NCBI GenBank assembly: GCA_038212275.1
Contig: JBBQUR010000011.1
Location: forward strand, 102,872-166,871
Length of the DNA: 64,000 bases
From: Planctomycetota bacterium
Lineage (GTDB): Bacteria; Planctomycetota; B15-G4
Reading direction: 5' to 3'
Shown here piece after piece: positions 9,518-19,018 of this stretch. The first letter of the stretch is position 1. Each line of letters starts with the position of its first letter. The notes beneath the pieces were generated by a model. That model had not been told where the DNA came from, did no database searches, and saw only the letters and a program-made list of their open reading frames with translations. A program made the position numbers and the translations under genes.

Positions 9518-11140
9518 ATGCTGCGCTCAAGACGATTCCTGCACGTCGCACCTCTGCTCGCGGCCCTCGTCGGCGCGGCCCCGGGCTGCTCGCCCGAGAG
9601 ACCCGAGCGGCCCGAAGCGCCCGCCCGTCGGCCCGACATCGTGCTCATCTCCCTCGACAGCACGCGTGCCGACGCTCTCAGCTTCCGCGACGAGCAGGCG
9701 ACGCCCCACCTCACGGCGCTGGCGAAGCGCGGCACCATCTTTGAACAGGCCATGTCCGGGAGCAGCTGGACGCTTCCAGGGCACGCCGAGATGTTCACCG
9801 GAAGCCCGCCGGCGCTGCACGGCGTGATGACCGACAGGGTCGGCATCGACGCCCTGCAACCCACCGTGACCGAGTTGCTCCATGCGCGCGGCTACCACAC
9901 CATGGGTTACTTCTCGGGCCTCTACCTCGATCCGCGCTACGGCTTCCGGCGTGGCTTCGACAGCTACAAGGACGGCCGGCTGGCCGCTTCGGCGTCGGGC
10001 GAGGCCGAGGACGAGGGCGAGGGCGAGGGCGAGGGCGAGCCGCAATTCTTCGGCGCCGACACCATCGTGGGACCGCGCATCGCCGACCTGGCCGAGGCGG
10101 ATCTTCCGGGCGTCCCGACCGACCAGCCGCTGTTCGTCTTCGCGCACGTCTTCGACCCGCACTACGACTACATCCCCCCGGCGCCCTTCGACACCCGGTT
10201 CGATCCCGACTACGACGGCGACATGGATGGGCGCGACTACTACACCGATCTGCGCGTCTACGATGCGCAGAAGTCTCCCCACCGGCAGGTGAGCGACCGG
10301 GACCTCGAGCACCTGCGCGCGCTGTACCAGGGCGAGCTCGCCTTCACCGACCAGAGCATCGGGCGGCTGCTCGCCTCGCTGGAGGCTCTCGGACGGCTGA
10401 AGAATGCGCTCATCGTGGTCACGTCGGACCACGGCGAGGAGTTTTTTGAACACGGCAACCGCGGCCATCGCAATGGCCTCTTCGACGAGGTGCTGCACGT
10501 GCCGCTGCTCATCGTGCCCCCTGCGGGCAGCGCACCGGAGGGGAGCGCAAACCCCGTGATCAGCGTGGCCGACCAGGTCAGCCTGTCCGACATCGCCCCC
10601 ACGCTGCTCGACTTCGCCGGCGTCACGCCACCACCGACGATGAGCGGCCGTTCGCTGCGAGGCGCACTGGACGGCGCCGCCCTGGAGCGGCGGCCGGTTT
10701 ACAGCACGCTGACCGGGCGCGTCACCGAGAAGGGCGAGCAGGTGCTCGTGCTGAGCGAGTCGCTGCGCTGGCCCGAGAGCAAGCTGCTGATCGTGTCCCG
10801 CTATGACCCGAAGGCGGGCTTCCGGCTGTCGTCAGCGACGTGCTTCAACCTGCTGACGGACCCGGGCGAGACGGCTCCGGCCTCTCGCGCACCGGGGCGC
10901 GATCCGATCATCAAGGCGCAGTGGCACGCGCTGGAAGAGGTGCTGGATGGGCTCCGAGCACACTACGCCGCCATGCCGCACTCGCCGGACGACGAGCGCG
11001 GCGTGTCGGCCCGCCCGGCCAGCGACGACGCGTTGCGCGCGCTCGGATACCTGGGCACCGAGCACGTGAAGACGGACTCCGGCATGCTGCTGCCGCCCTG
11101 GGGTCTCGGACCGCGCACGGGACTGCCCGCGTCCAACTGA
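9518..11140 (+). CDS. Sulfatase-fold lipoprotein with Thr at the nucleophile position
   Basis: Signal ending GAAPGC; PDIVLISLDSTRAD; SWTLPGHAEMFTG; FDPHYDY; TSDHGEEF; C-terminal LRALGY. Confidence 0.88.
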   Translation: MLRSRRFLHVAPLLAALVGAAPGCSPERPERPEAPARRPDIVLISLDSTRADALSFRDEQATPHLTALAKRGTIFEQAMSGSSWTLPGHAEMFTGSPPALHGVMTDRVGIDALQPTVTELLHARGYHTMGYFSGLYLDPRYGFRRGFDSYKDGRLAASASGEAEDEGEGEGEGEPQFFGADTIVGPRIADLAEADLPGVPTDQPLFVFAHVFDPHYDYIPPAPFDTRFDPDYDGDMDGRDYYTDLRVYDAQKSPHRQVSDRDLEHLRALYQGELAFTDQSIGRLLASLEALGRLKNALIVVTSDHGEEFFEHGNRGHRNGLFDEVLHVPLLIVPPAGSAPEGSANPVISVADQVSLSDIAPTLLDFAGVTPPPTMSGRSLRGALDGAALERRPVYSTLTGRVTEKGEQVLVLSESLRWPESKLLIVSRYDPKAGFRLSSATCFNLLTDPGETAPASRAPGRDPIIKAQWHALEEVLDGLRAHYAAMPHSPDDERGVSARPASDDALRALGYLGTEHVKTDSGMLLPPWGLGPRTGLPASN

Positions 11141-11199
11141 GTGCGCAGCCAGCGCAGGCAGCTGCCACACTGACTCCGCAGGCGCGGCTCGGCGGCTGC

Positions 11200-12819
11200 T
11201 CAGCGGCTGCCGCGGCAGTCCTCGAGGAAGAGCACGTCCTTGCGTTCCGCGTCGCCGCCGACGTAGCCCAGCGCCTTCATGTCGGGCAGCGCGTCGGCGG
11301 TGACGCCCGGCCAGGTCATGGCGCGCTCGTGCTGCGGCTCGTTGAGCCAGCGCAGCAGCGCCGCGCGCAGCGGGCGCAGGTGTTCCGGCAGGCCGGCCTC
11401 GGTGCCGAGCAGCGCGGGTTCGAGCCCCGCCAGCAGATCGTGCTGCGCGAGCGGGTCCGCCAGCAGGTCGTAGGCCTCGAAGCAGCCGATCGGAAAGGCG
11501 TGCTGCGTTCCGAAGTACGGTGCCTTGCGCATCTGCGCGTGGCGAGGGTTGTGCACGTACAGCCAGCGCTTGTCGACCACGCAGTACAGGATGTCCTGCA
11601 TCTCGATGAAGGCGAAGGGACGCGTCGGTTCCGTCGAGTCACCTCGCGCGAGCGGCAGGATCGAGCGGCTCTCCATGTCGGCGGGCACCGGCAGCCCTGC
11701 GATGTCCAGCAGCGTGGCGGCGAGGTCGAGGTTCTGCACCTGCGCCTCGCGCCGCTCTCCGGCCGGCAGGCCCGGCCCCGCGAGGATGAGCGGAATGCGC
11801 AGCGTGCCCGGGTAGATCGAGCTGTCGTGAAAGAAGTAGCGGTTGTGATCGAAGAGTTCCTCGCCGTGATCCGCGGTGAAGACGAAGCAGGTCTGCCGGC
11901 TCAGGTCCGCCGCATCGAGCGCGTCGAGCAGGCGCCCGAGGCGCGCGTCGGTGGCGGTCACGCCGCCGTCGTACAGGCCCGTGATGCGCGCAATCTCCTG
12001 CGGCGTCGGCTCATGCGCGCCGAGCGTGATCTGCGAGAGCAGCTCCGTGAGCGCCGGCCCCGAGTTCTCGTCGGGCGCCACGAGCACCGCGGGGAGATCC
12101 GGCGCATGACCGTAGAGGTCGAACTCGCGCGGCGGGTTGTAGGGATCGTGGATGTCGAAGAAGTGCACCCACAGTGCGTAGGGCCGCGCGGGATCGATCG
12201 TGGCGATCCACTCGAGCGCCGCCTGCTCCGTGCGCTCGTCCCAGAGCCGCTCGATCTGCCCCGCGTCGCCCGTGTCGTCGGCGCGCTTGCCCTGGAAGGC
12301 CTTGTCCGCACCCCGGAAGGCCCAGCGCCCGCCCATGTTCTCCGTGTCGAAGTTGGCCAGGAAGATGCCCACCTGATAACCCGCGTCGTGCAGGTCCTCG
12401 AAGACCGTGCGATGGCTGTCGAGCAGCGTGAGCCGGTTCTCGCGCAGTCCCGTCGTGATCGGATACTTGCCGCTGAGCATCGACGACAGCGACGGACGCG
12501 TCTGGCCGCGCGGCGCCCAGCACCGCTCGAAGAGCACGCCCTTTGCCGCGAGGCCGTCCACCTCGGGCGAGATGCTGGCGCCCCAACGGTCGTAGCCATA
12601 GCAGCCGAGGTGATCGGCGCGCAGCGTGTCGAAGGAGATGAGCGCGATGCTGGGCGGCCGGCCGCCCTCGGCGGGCGTCGAGGACGCGCGCGGCCCTCCG
12701 CGGCCCGCTTCCGTCGTGCCGGCCTGGTCGCGAGTCGTGCCCGCGGGCGTCGACTCGTCACCGCACGCTGCGAGTCCGGCGAGCAGGGCAAGGAGCAGCG
12801 AGCATGTGTGCTTGGGCAT
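11200..12819 (-). CDS. Sulfatase-fold lipoprotein with Thr at the nucleophile position
   Basis: Coding part of ORF 11200..14187 from MPKHTCSLLLALLAGLAAC (lipobox); ISFDTLRADHLGCYG; GQTRPSLSSMLSG; DIHDPY; TADHGEEL; MKALGY. Confidence 0.88.
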   Translation of the reverse strand: MPKHTCSLLLALLAGLAACGDESTPAGTTRDQAGTTEAGRGGPRASSTPAEGGRPPSIALISFDTLRADHLGCYGYDRWGASISPEVDGLAAKGVLFERCWAPRGQTRPSLSSMLSGKYPITTGLRENRLTLLDSHRTVFEDLHDAGYQVGIFLANFDTENMGGRWAFRGADKAFQGKRADDTGDAGQIERLWDERTEQAALEWIATIDPARPYALWVHFFDIHDPYNPPREFDLYGHAPDLPAVLVAPDENSGPALTELLSQITLGAHEPTPQEIARITGLYDGGVTATDARLGRLLDALDAADLSRQTCFVFTADHGEELFDHNRYFFHDSSIYPGTLRIPLILAGPGLPAGERREAQVQNLDLAATLLDIAGLPVPADMESRSILPLARGDSTEPTRPFAFIEMQDILYCVVDKRWLYVHNPRHAQMRKAPYFGTQHAFPIGCFEAYDLLADPLAQHDLLAGLEPALLGTEAGLPEHLRPLRAALLRWLNEPQHERAMTWPGVTADALPDMKALGYVGGDAERKDVLFLEDCRGSR

Positions 12820-12869
12820 GAGCGCACACGATAACGTCCGCTCGCGCGCCTGGAACCGGCTCTCCGCGC

Positions 12870-14276
12870 TCAGAACTGGAAGTAGATGAACGGCGTCTGC
12901 CCCTGGATCACCAGGAAGAGCGTGCCGAGCAGCAGTCCCAGCAGGACGCCCACGGCGGGAGTCGGAAGGCCGAGCACCCGCGCGCGCACGGCGTCCACGC
13001 AGCGCTCGGGAAGGAAGTGCGTCAGCACGGCGCCGGCCAGCGCGACCCAGCCCCAGCGGCCGAGCTCCCACGAGCTGCCGAAGCGCGTCAGCACGTCGCC
13101 GGCATTGCCCAGATCGCCGGCGCGGACGAGCACGTAGGCCAGGGTCGTGAAATGGAAGGCGACCAGCCACGCCATCGCGCGGCGCAGCGGCGTCGTGGCG
13201 AAGGGCTCGCCCGTCACGTGCTCCCGCCAGCGCTCGAAGATCAGCGCCAGCGCTTGAAGGATTCCATAGAGCAGCCAGAGAGAGCTGGCGCCGTGCCAGA
13301 GACCGATGACCACCATGGTGATCATCAGGTTGCGCGCCACCTTCCACTCGCTGCCGCGCGACCCGCCCAGCGGAAAGTAGAGGTAGTCGCGCACCCAGCT
13401 CGAGAGCGAGATGTGCCAGCGTCGCCAGAACTCGCGGATGGAGAGCGACCGGTACGGCGCGTTGAAGTTCTCCAGCAGGTCGTAGCCGAAGAGCCGCGCG
13501 CTGCCGATGGCGATGTCGGAGTAGCCGGAGAAGTCGCAGTAGATCTGGAAGGCGAAGGCGTAGATCGCGAGCAGGTGCAGCGGGCCCGAGTAGCTCTCGG
13601 GGTGCGTGTAGACGGGGTCCACGAGCGTGCGGCCGATGACGTCTGCGAGCAGGGTCTTCTTCGCGAGGCCGATGCCGATGCGCCAGAGCCCGTCGTGCAG
13701 GCGCTGCTTGTCGAAGCGCGGTTTCCATGAGATCTGCGGCAGGAAGTCCCTGGCGCGCACGATCGGCCCTGCGACGAGCTGCGGGAAGAAGCTCACGAAG
13801 AAAGCGAAGTCGCGCACGCTGCGCTGCGGCGCGAGCGTGCCGCGGTAGACGTCGATCGTGTAGGACAGCGTCTGGAAGGTGTAGAAGGAGATGCCGACCG
13901 GCACCTTGTCGGTCCACGCCAGCTCCATGAGCGGCACGTGCGTGCCCAGCGCGGCCTGCAGTGGCGCGCACAGCTCCGCGATCCACGCGCTGTACTTGAA
14001 GTACGCCAGCAGCCCGAGGTTCCCGAAGAGGCTGCAGCACAGCGCGACGAGCCTGCCGCGGGGGCTCGACAGGCGCGAGAGCAAGCGGCCGACGAGATAG
14101 TCGAGCAGCGTGGAGAACACGAGCAGCCAGACAAACCAGGGCTCGAAGGCGCCGTAGAACAGGAGGCTCGCGCCCAGCAGCAACCACGTGCGCAGCGCGC
14201 GCCGGTTCGCGCAGCTCCAGTACAGCAGCAGCGTCGTGACCAGCAGCAGTCCGTAGTGCCAGCTGTGAAACGCCAT
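12870..14276 (-). CDS. MBOAT family O-acyltransferase (AlgI/PatA/DltB-like)
   Basis: PVGISFYTFQ, FFPQLVAGPI, YCDFSGYSDIAIG, ENFNAPY, FWRRWHISLS, GLWHGA, C-terminal PFIYFQF. Confidence 0.96.
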   Translation of the reverse strand: MAFHSWHYGLLLVTTLLLYWSCANRRALRTWLLLGASLLFYGAFEPWFVWLLVFSTLLDYLVGRLLSRLSSPRGRLVALCCSLFGNLGLLAYFKYSAWIAELCAPLQAALGTHVPLMELAWTDKVPVGISFYTFQTLSYTIDVYRGTLAPQRSVRDFAFFVSFFPQLVAGPIVRARDFLPQISWKPRFDKQRLHDGLWRIGIGLAKKTLLADVIGRTLVDPVYTHPESYSGPLHLLAIYAFAFQIYCDFSGYSDIAIGSARLFGYDLLENFNAPYRSLSIREFWRRWHISLSSWVRDYLYFPLGGSRGSEWKVARNLMITMVVIGLWHGASSLWLLYGILQALALIFERWREHVTGEPFATTPLRRAMAWLVAFHFTTLAYVLVRAGDLGNAGDVLTRFGSSWELGRWGWVALAGAVLTHFLPERCVDAVRARVLGLPTPAVGVLLGLLLGTLFLVIQGQTPFIYFQF

Positions 14277-14282
14277 GCGCGA

Positions 14283-15659
14283 TCAGTCCCTCGGACGCGC
14301 GGCGCGCGCGCGCTGGAGCGACTCGATCAGGGCGGCGCCGGCGCCGTCCCCCTTCGCGTGACCGCCGGGCGCTCCCCCGGCGTCGGGCGCACGGACGGCG
14401 GCGGGCGCGGGGTCGGCGTCGGGCGCCGTGTCGGCGTCGGGCGCGGGGTCGGCGGCCAGCAGCTCCGCGAGACCCTCGGCAACCGCCGCGTGTCCCTCCG
14501 GCGACCAGTGCGCGTCGTCGCAGGTGAAGCGGCGATGGTCGGAGCCGATGTGCGTGATCACGTCCCCGAGCGACCAGCAGGTGATGCCGCGCCGCTCGCA
14601 GGCCTCGCGCAGCGCGTCGAGAGACTGCTCACGCGGCGTGCCCACGGGCGGCGCTCCGGCCGCGGCGTTCCCGTGAAGATACGCGCGCCAGGCCTCGTCG
14701 CTGTCCATGTACGGCTCGTAGAGCAGCACCACCCGCAGCGCGACGCCCTGCGCGCGGGCGGCGAGGGCCAGCGCTTCCAGCTCGTCCCACGTGCGCTCCA
14801 GCATGGGCTCCACCACCTCGGCGAGACCGGGCGCGAGCGTCGCGCGCGACAGCACGAACTTGTCGATCTCCGCCGAGCGGCGCCCCTGGTCCGAGGCCCG
14901 GGCGCGGTAGCGCCTGTAGATCGACGAATGCGTGAGGGCGCCGTGCACCGTCGCGGCCAGCGGCAGCAACGGCTGCGGGCACACGCTGGCGATGTCCAGC
15001 GGCAGCAGGTCGACACCCACGTGCACGTAATGCCGCGTCGACGACGGGTCGAGCAGCATCTGCGAACCGGGCGCCACGAACAGCAGCACGAGGTCGGGCT
15101 GGACGAGCGGGATCAGCCGGATGGCGCGACGCGCGGCCTGCACGGCCGAGTAGCCCATGACGCCGCCGTTGAGCACGCGCCAGTGGCCGGGGAAGCGGCG
15201 CGCGCACTCGGCCTCCAGATACACCGACCACGTGTGATCCATGTCGGGGCCGCCCTTGCCCGCGCCGAAGACTGTGGACGCGCCGACACCGAGAATGCGC
15301 AGCTCGTCGCGCGGAGCGGTGCCCGGGATCTCGGGGCTGCGCAACCCCAGCGAACTGATCGTCGTCTTGGCGTTGCGGAAACCGGGCAGGACCGTCCAGC
15401 CCAGTTCCGGGTCGGCCTGGTGCATCGGTTCCCCGGACAGATCGCGCGCCTCATCCAGCCAGCCCAGCGCAAGGTCGAAGGCGAAGAGTCCCGCCACCAC
15501 GCCCGCGCAGAGCAGCACGAGCTGGCGCAGCACCGGCCCGCGTGCGACGGGCGTGCCTGGAGCGGGTGATGGATCGAGGTCGCCGTCCGGGCCCGGCGCG
15601 GCCTCTCGTGCCGGCTGCTGCCGCGGGTCCGGCGGAGACATGGGCGCGACCTCGGACAT
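14283..15659 (-). CDS. Membrane-anchored SGNH/GDSL-fold protein (AlgJ/PatB-like partner of the MBOAT)
   Basis: One TM helix; ILGVGASTVFG (block I), NGGVMGYS (block II), DDAHWSPEGH (DxxH); ends 6 bp before the MBOAT start. Confidence 0.8.
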   Translation of the reverse strand: MSEVAPMSPPDPRQQPAREAAPGPDGDLDPSPAPGTPVARGPVLRQLVLLCAGVVAGLFAFDLALGWLDEARDLSGEPMHQADPELGWTVLPGFRNAKTTISSLGLRSPEIPGTAPRDELRILGVGASTVFGAGKGGPDMDHTWSVYLEAECARRFPGHWRVLNGGVMGYSAVQAARRAIRLIPLVQPDLVLLFVAPGSQMLLDPSSTRHYVHVGVDLLPLDIASVCPQPLLPLAATVHGALTHSSIYRRYRARASDQGRRSAEIDKFVLSRATLAPGLAEVVEPMLERTWDELEALALAARAQGVALRVVLLYEPYMDSDEAWRAYLHGNAAAGAPPVGTPREQSLDALREACERRGITCWSLGDVITHIGSDHRRFTCDDAHWSPEGHAAVAEGLAELLAADPAPDADTAPDADPAPAAVRAPDAGGAPGGHAKGDGAGAALIESLQRARAARPRD

Positions 15660-15701
15660 GCGGGCGAGTCTAGCGCGCGGGAGCGCCGCGGCGGCGACGC
15701 C

Positions 15702-17339
15702 TCAACGCTCGTCCACGAAGCGGTAGAGGCGGAAGGTCTGCCCGAAGGCGCGCGCCGGCCCCTCCACCAGCGCGAAGTGCGGATTGCGGTCGATGCTGTC
15801 CAGCGCCGGCCGCATGGACGGCGCGCCCGGATCGCCCATGAGCAGCAGGTGCGTGACGCCGTAGCGCTGCGCCACGTCGCGGATCACGGCTTCCGGCTCG
15901 TATGGGATCTGCACGCAGCGCAGGCCGGTGAGCGCATTCAGCTCATGGACGTCGCGCGCCATGATGACCGCGTCCTGGAGTCCGTAGCGCTGGATCACGC
16001 GGCGATCGAAGGCCGTGTAGAAGTTGTTCAGCTCCTGGATGCCACGCGCCTTGCGCGCGAGACCCAGCACACCGAACCGGTATTGTCCGACCGCGAGCAC
16101 GCCGCACACGACGACGGCGACGGCGAACGGCACGCGCGCGTCCGGCCAGCTTGCCGGCAGCACGCGCCGCAGCGGCAGGAGCAGGAGTCGCGTCGCCAGC
16201 AGCAGGCCCGAGGCCGCGCACAGGACCAGCACGGGATAGATGCTGAACATGCCGGAGCGGAACGACTCGAGTCCGACGGCGGTGAAGACCAGCGAGTAGA
16301 AGGTCCACTCGGCCGCCCAGAGCATCCAGAAGGCGACGCACACGCGGCGGAAGGTCGTGAGCAGGCCGATCCACGACAGCACCAGCAGCGCAACGAGGGC
16401 CGGGTGATTCCAGGCGCCCTCGCGATCGGCCGCGCCCGACACCATGCCGGTGGCCGCGGTCTCCAGATTGCGCATCGACACCACGCCCTTGAGTTGCAGC
16501 ACCGGGTCCCAGCCGTCCTTGAGCCAGCTCTCGCGCGTGACGCTCTCGGGCAGCGAGTACCACTGCTCGTAATCGCGCATGAACACCGCGCGGAATGAGC
16601 CGCCCGGCATGAGCGCACCGTGCACTTCGAGATTGTGCACCCACCACGGCGACATCAGCAGCACGTAGCCCAGCGGCACGAGCGCAACGCGCTTCCAGCC
16701 CGGCCGGCTGCGGTGCACGACGTGCGCGACGACGAGCGGGACGAAGAGCAGGATGCCGTCGCTGCGCGCGAGCTGCGTGAGCGCGATGGCAGCGCCCGCC
16801 CAGAACAGGCAGCGCGGGTCCCGCACGGAGCGCACGGCGAGCCACAGCGAGAGCGTGGCCAGCACCAGGTAGGGTCCGTGCGACAGCGGCGCGCAGGGCT
16901 GGTCCATGAACAGGTGGAAGGTGGTGGCGAAGGTCGCGCCCAGCAGCGCCACGCGACGGTCGATGAAGAGTTCGCAGCCCAGCAGCCAGATCAGCAGCGG
17001 CAGCACCGAAGTGATGACGATCATCGTGGTCTGCGCGACCGCGTAGCTCGTGCCGCCCACCCACATGCCGATGGCGCAGAGCAGGGACGGCAGCGGCATC
17101 CACCACACGTTGCTGGGCGTCGGAAAGCCCTGCGGGTGGTCCCAGAAGTTCCAGATGTAGTCGATGTTGAAGCCGCGGCCTTCGACGAGGTTCTGCGCCA
17201 CCGTGTAGTAGAAGGAGACGTCGCCGTGATTGAGGCCGGTGCGCGGCGCGTTGATCGCGAGCTTGCAGAAGAAGGTCGCCACGCAGCAGAGTCCGACCCA
17301 GACCCACATCCACTTCGGCGGGCGCGACGGGGCGAGCAT
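15702..17339 (-). CDS. Polytopic GT-C type glycosyltransferase (ArnT/PMT-like)
   Basis: Many TM segments; GDVSFYYTVAQNLVEGRG after the first TM; WMPLPS; LARSDG; PWWVHN. Confidence 0.75.
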   Translation of the reverse strand: MLAPSRPPKWMWVWVGLCCVATFFCKLAINAPRTGLNHGDVSFYYTVAQNLVEGRGFNIDYIWNFWDHPQGFPTPSNVWWMPLPSLLCAIGMWVGGTSYAVAQTTMIVITSVLPLLIWLLGCELFIDRRVALLGATFATTFHLFMDQPCAPLSHGPYLVLATLSLWLAVRSVRDPRCLFWAGAAIALTQLARSDGILLFVPLVVAHVVHRSRPGWKRVALVPLGYVLLMSPWWVHNLEVHGALMPGGSFRAVFMRDYEQWYSLPESVTRESWLKDGWDPVLQLKGVVSMRNLETAATGMVSGAADREGAWNHPALVALLVLSWIGLLTTFRRVCVAFWMLWAAEWTFYSLVFTAVGLESFRSGMFSIYPVLVLCAASGLLLATRLLLLPLRRVLPASWPDARVPFAVAVVVCGVLAVGQYRFGVLGLARKARGIQELNNFYTAFDRRVIQRYGLQDAVIMARDVHELNALTGLRCVQIPYEPEAVIRDVAQRYGVTHLLLMGDPGAPSMRPALDSIDRNPHFALVEGPARAFGQTFRLYRFVDER

Positions 17340-17397
17340 CAGGCGAGCGTACTCGGCCGGCTCGTCCAGGTTCCACAGCCATGCCCTTCTCGCACGG

Positions 17398-18291
17398 CTA
17401 CAGCTCGATGGGCACGAGCGGCACGGGGATGACCACGCGCGTGGCCGGCGCGACGGCGCGGATCTCGGCCTGAAACGCCGCGAGATCCGCGCGCGTCGTC
17501 GCCGACAGCGGCTCGCCGAGCGGGGCCCGCCACGCGTCGAAATGACTGGTCAGCACGAGCGGCGGCGCGCCCAGTGCGGCCATCAGCCGGCCGGCGTAGT
17601 CGTGCACCTCATCGCGCAGGCCCGTGGCCACGACGGCGACATCCGGGCGCAGGCCGGCCAGTTCGCGCTCGATGTAGTTGGCCGAGCCGATGAAGAGCAC
17701 CTCGTGCCCGCCGAGACGCACGAGATAGTCGAGAGTCCCGCCCTCGCCGAAGTCCGCGAAGGGCATGGGCAGCACGACGTCGGCGGCGATGAGGTCGTCC
17801 GCGCCGTAGACGTGCTTGTCGTCCAGCGCGCTGTGCAGGCCGGGGATCACGCGCACCGAGAAGCCGTCGAAGGCGTAGTCCTCGCCGCCCTTCACCGGGA
17901 TGATCCGGTCCGCGGGCAGGCCGCAGGCGCGGCCATAGTGCGCCGTCGACACGCTGCCGACGAGCTGCGCGCCGCTGCGGGCCGCCACGCCCGGCGCATC
18001 CAGCACGTGGTCCACGTGCGAGTGCCCCACGAGCACGAGGTCCGCGCGCGCCGGCGAGTGCCGCGCGATCGCGTCCTCGTCCGGGATCACCGGCACGCCC
18101 CCGTCGAGCGCCGGCCGCGAGAAGTACGGATCCACGACGACGGTGTGCAGCCCGTCCGTGAGCGACCAGCCCGCGACGCCGAGGTACGTGAGCGTGACGG
18201 GCGGCGAGGCCCTCGGGCCGGCGCAGGCGCCGAGCGCGAGCAGGAGCGCGGGCGCGAGCAGGAGCGCGAAAGCGGGCTGGAGTCGGTGCAT
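17398..18291 (-). CDS. Metallo-beta-lactamase-fold hydrolase, lipoprotein
   Basis: Lipobox LGAC; TYLGVAGW; VDPYFSR; GHSHVDHVLD (HxHxDH). Confidence 0.88.
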   Translation of the reverse strand: MHRLQPAFALLLAPALLLALGACAGPRASPPVTLTYLGVAGWSLTDGLHTVVVDPYFSRPALDGGVPVIPDEDAIARHSPARADLVLVGHSHVDHVLDAPGVAARSGAQLVGSVSTAHYGRACGLPADRIIPVKGGEDYAFDGFSVRVIPGLHSALDDKHVYGADDLIAADVVLPMPFADFGEGGTLDYLVRLGGHEVLFIGSANYIERELAGLRPDVAVVATGLRDEVHDYAGRLMAALGAPPLVLTSHFDAWRAPLGEPLSATTRADLAAFQAEIRAVAPATRVVIPVPLVPIEL

Positions 18292-18341
18292 GCGCGGCGA
18301 GGATACGCACGGCCGGACCGCGCTTCACGTGCCGGTCGGCT

Positions 18342-18974
18342 TCAGGCGCCGCCTGCCGACTCGCCTCCGTCCATCACCTCGGCCAGCGCGGCCAGCGCGC
18401 GGAACAGGCGCAGGCGCGCCGCGCCCTCGCTGCAGCCGAGGCGCTCGCCGATCTCCGCGTGCGACAGGCCGACCAGTCGCGCGAGCACGACGACCTCGCG
18501 CTCGTCCTCGGTCAGAAGCAGGAAGCCGCGCTCGATGCGTTCGAGCGACTCGCGGCCCATCGCGGCCTCGCTGGGCGTGCACATCGTGCGGTAGACGTCG
18601 GCGAGGCGGCCCTCGTCGTCCGAGTCCTGGCCCGCGCCGGGCGCCTGCTCCCGCGCGGGGTTCCGCTTGGCGGCCCCCCAGTATTCGGCGCGGTCGAGGA
18701 GCTTGCGCGTGGCGGCCTCGTAAAGCCACGCCTTGAAACCCGCCTCGCCCCCGTAGTGGAAGTGCCCGATGTTCTGCAGCACGTCGCGGCACGCGGACTG
18801 CACGATGTCGCTCGCCGATTCCTTGGCGCGCAGCACGGGCCCGCAGCGCAGCCGCACGTAGGCGCGCAGCCCGGGGACGTGCCGTGCCAGCAATTCCTCG
18901 ACGGCCGGGAGGTCGCCGCGACTGGCACGCTCCACGAGCGGCCCGCTGTCGTTGGCCGGGCCGCGCGCGTTCAC
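18342..18974 (-). CDS. ECF family RNA polymerase sigma factor
   Basis: RASRGDLPAVEELL; region 2 ESASDIVQS...FKAWL; region 4 LSHAEIGERLGCSEGAARLRLFRA; GTG start preceded by GGGAG. Confidence 0.9.
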   Translation of the reverse strand: MNARGPANDSGPLVERASRGDLPAVEELLARHVPGLRAYVRLRCGPVLRAKESASDIVQSACRDVLQNIGHFHYGGEAGFKAWLYEAATRKLLDRAEYWGAAKRNPAREQAPGAGQDSDDEGRLADVYRTMCTPSEAAMGRESLERIERGFLLLTEDEREVVVLARLVGLSHAEIGERLGCSEGAARLRLFRALAALAEVMDGGESAGGA

Positions 18975-19018
18975 CTAGACTCTCCCGCGGTCGTGCAGCG
19001 GCTCGAGGAGGCTCCGGC

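Noticed and set aside
11200..14187. 995-aa ORF suggesting a giant sulfatase fusion
   Set aside because: The first ~455 aa are an alternate frame of the MBOAT gene; the real protein starts at the lipoprotein signal at 12819.
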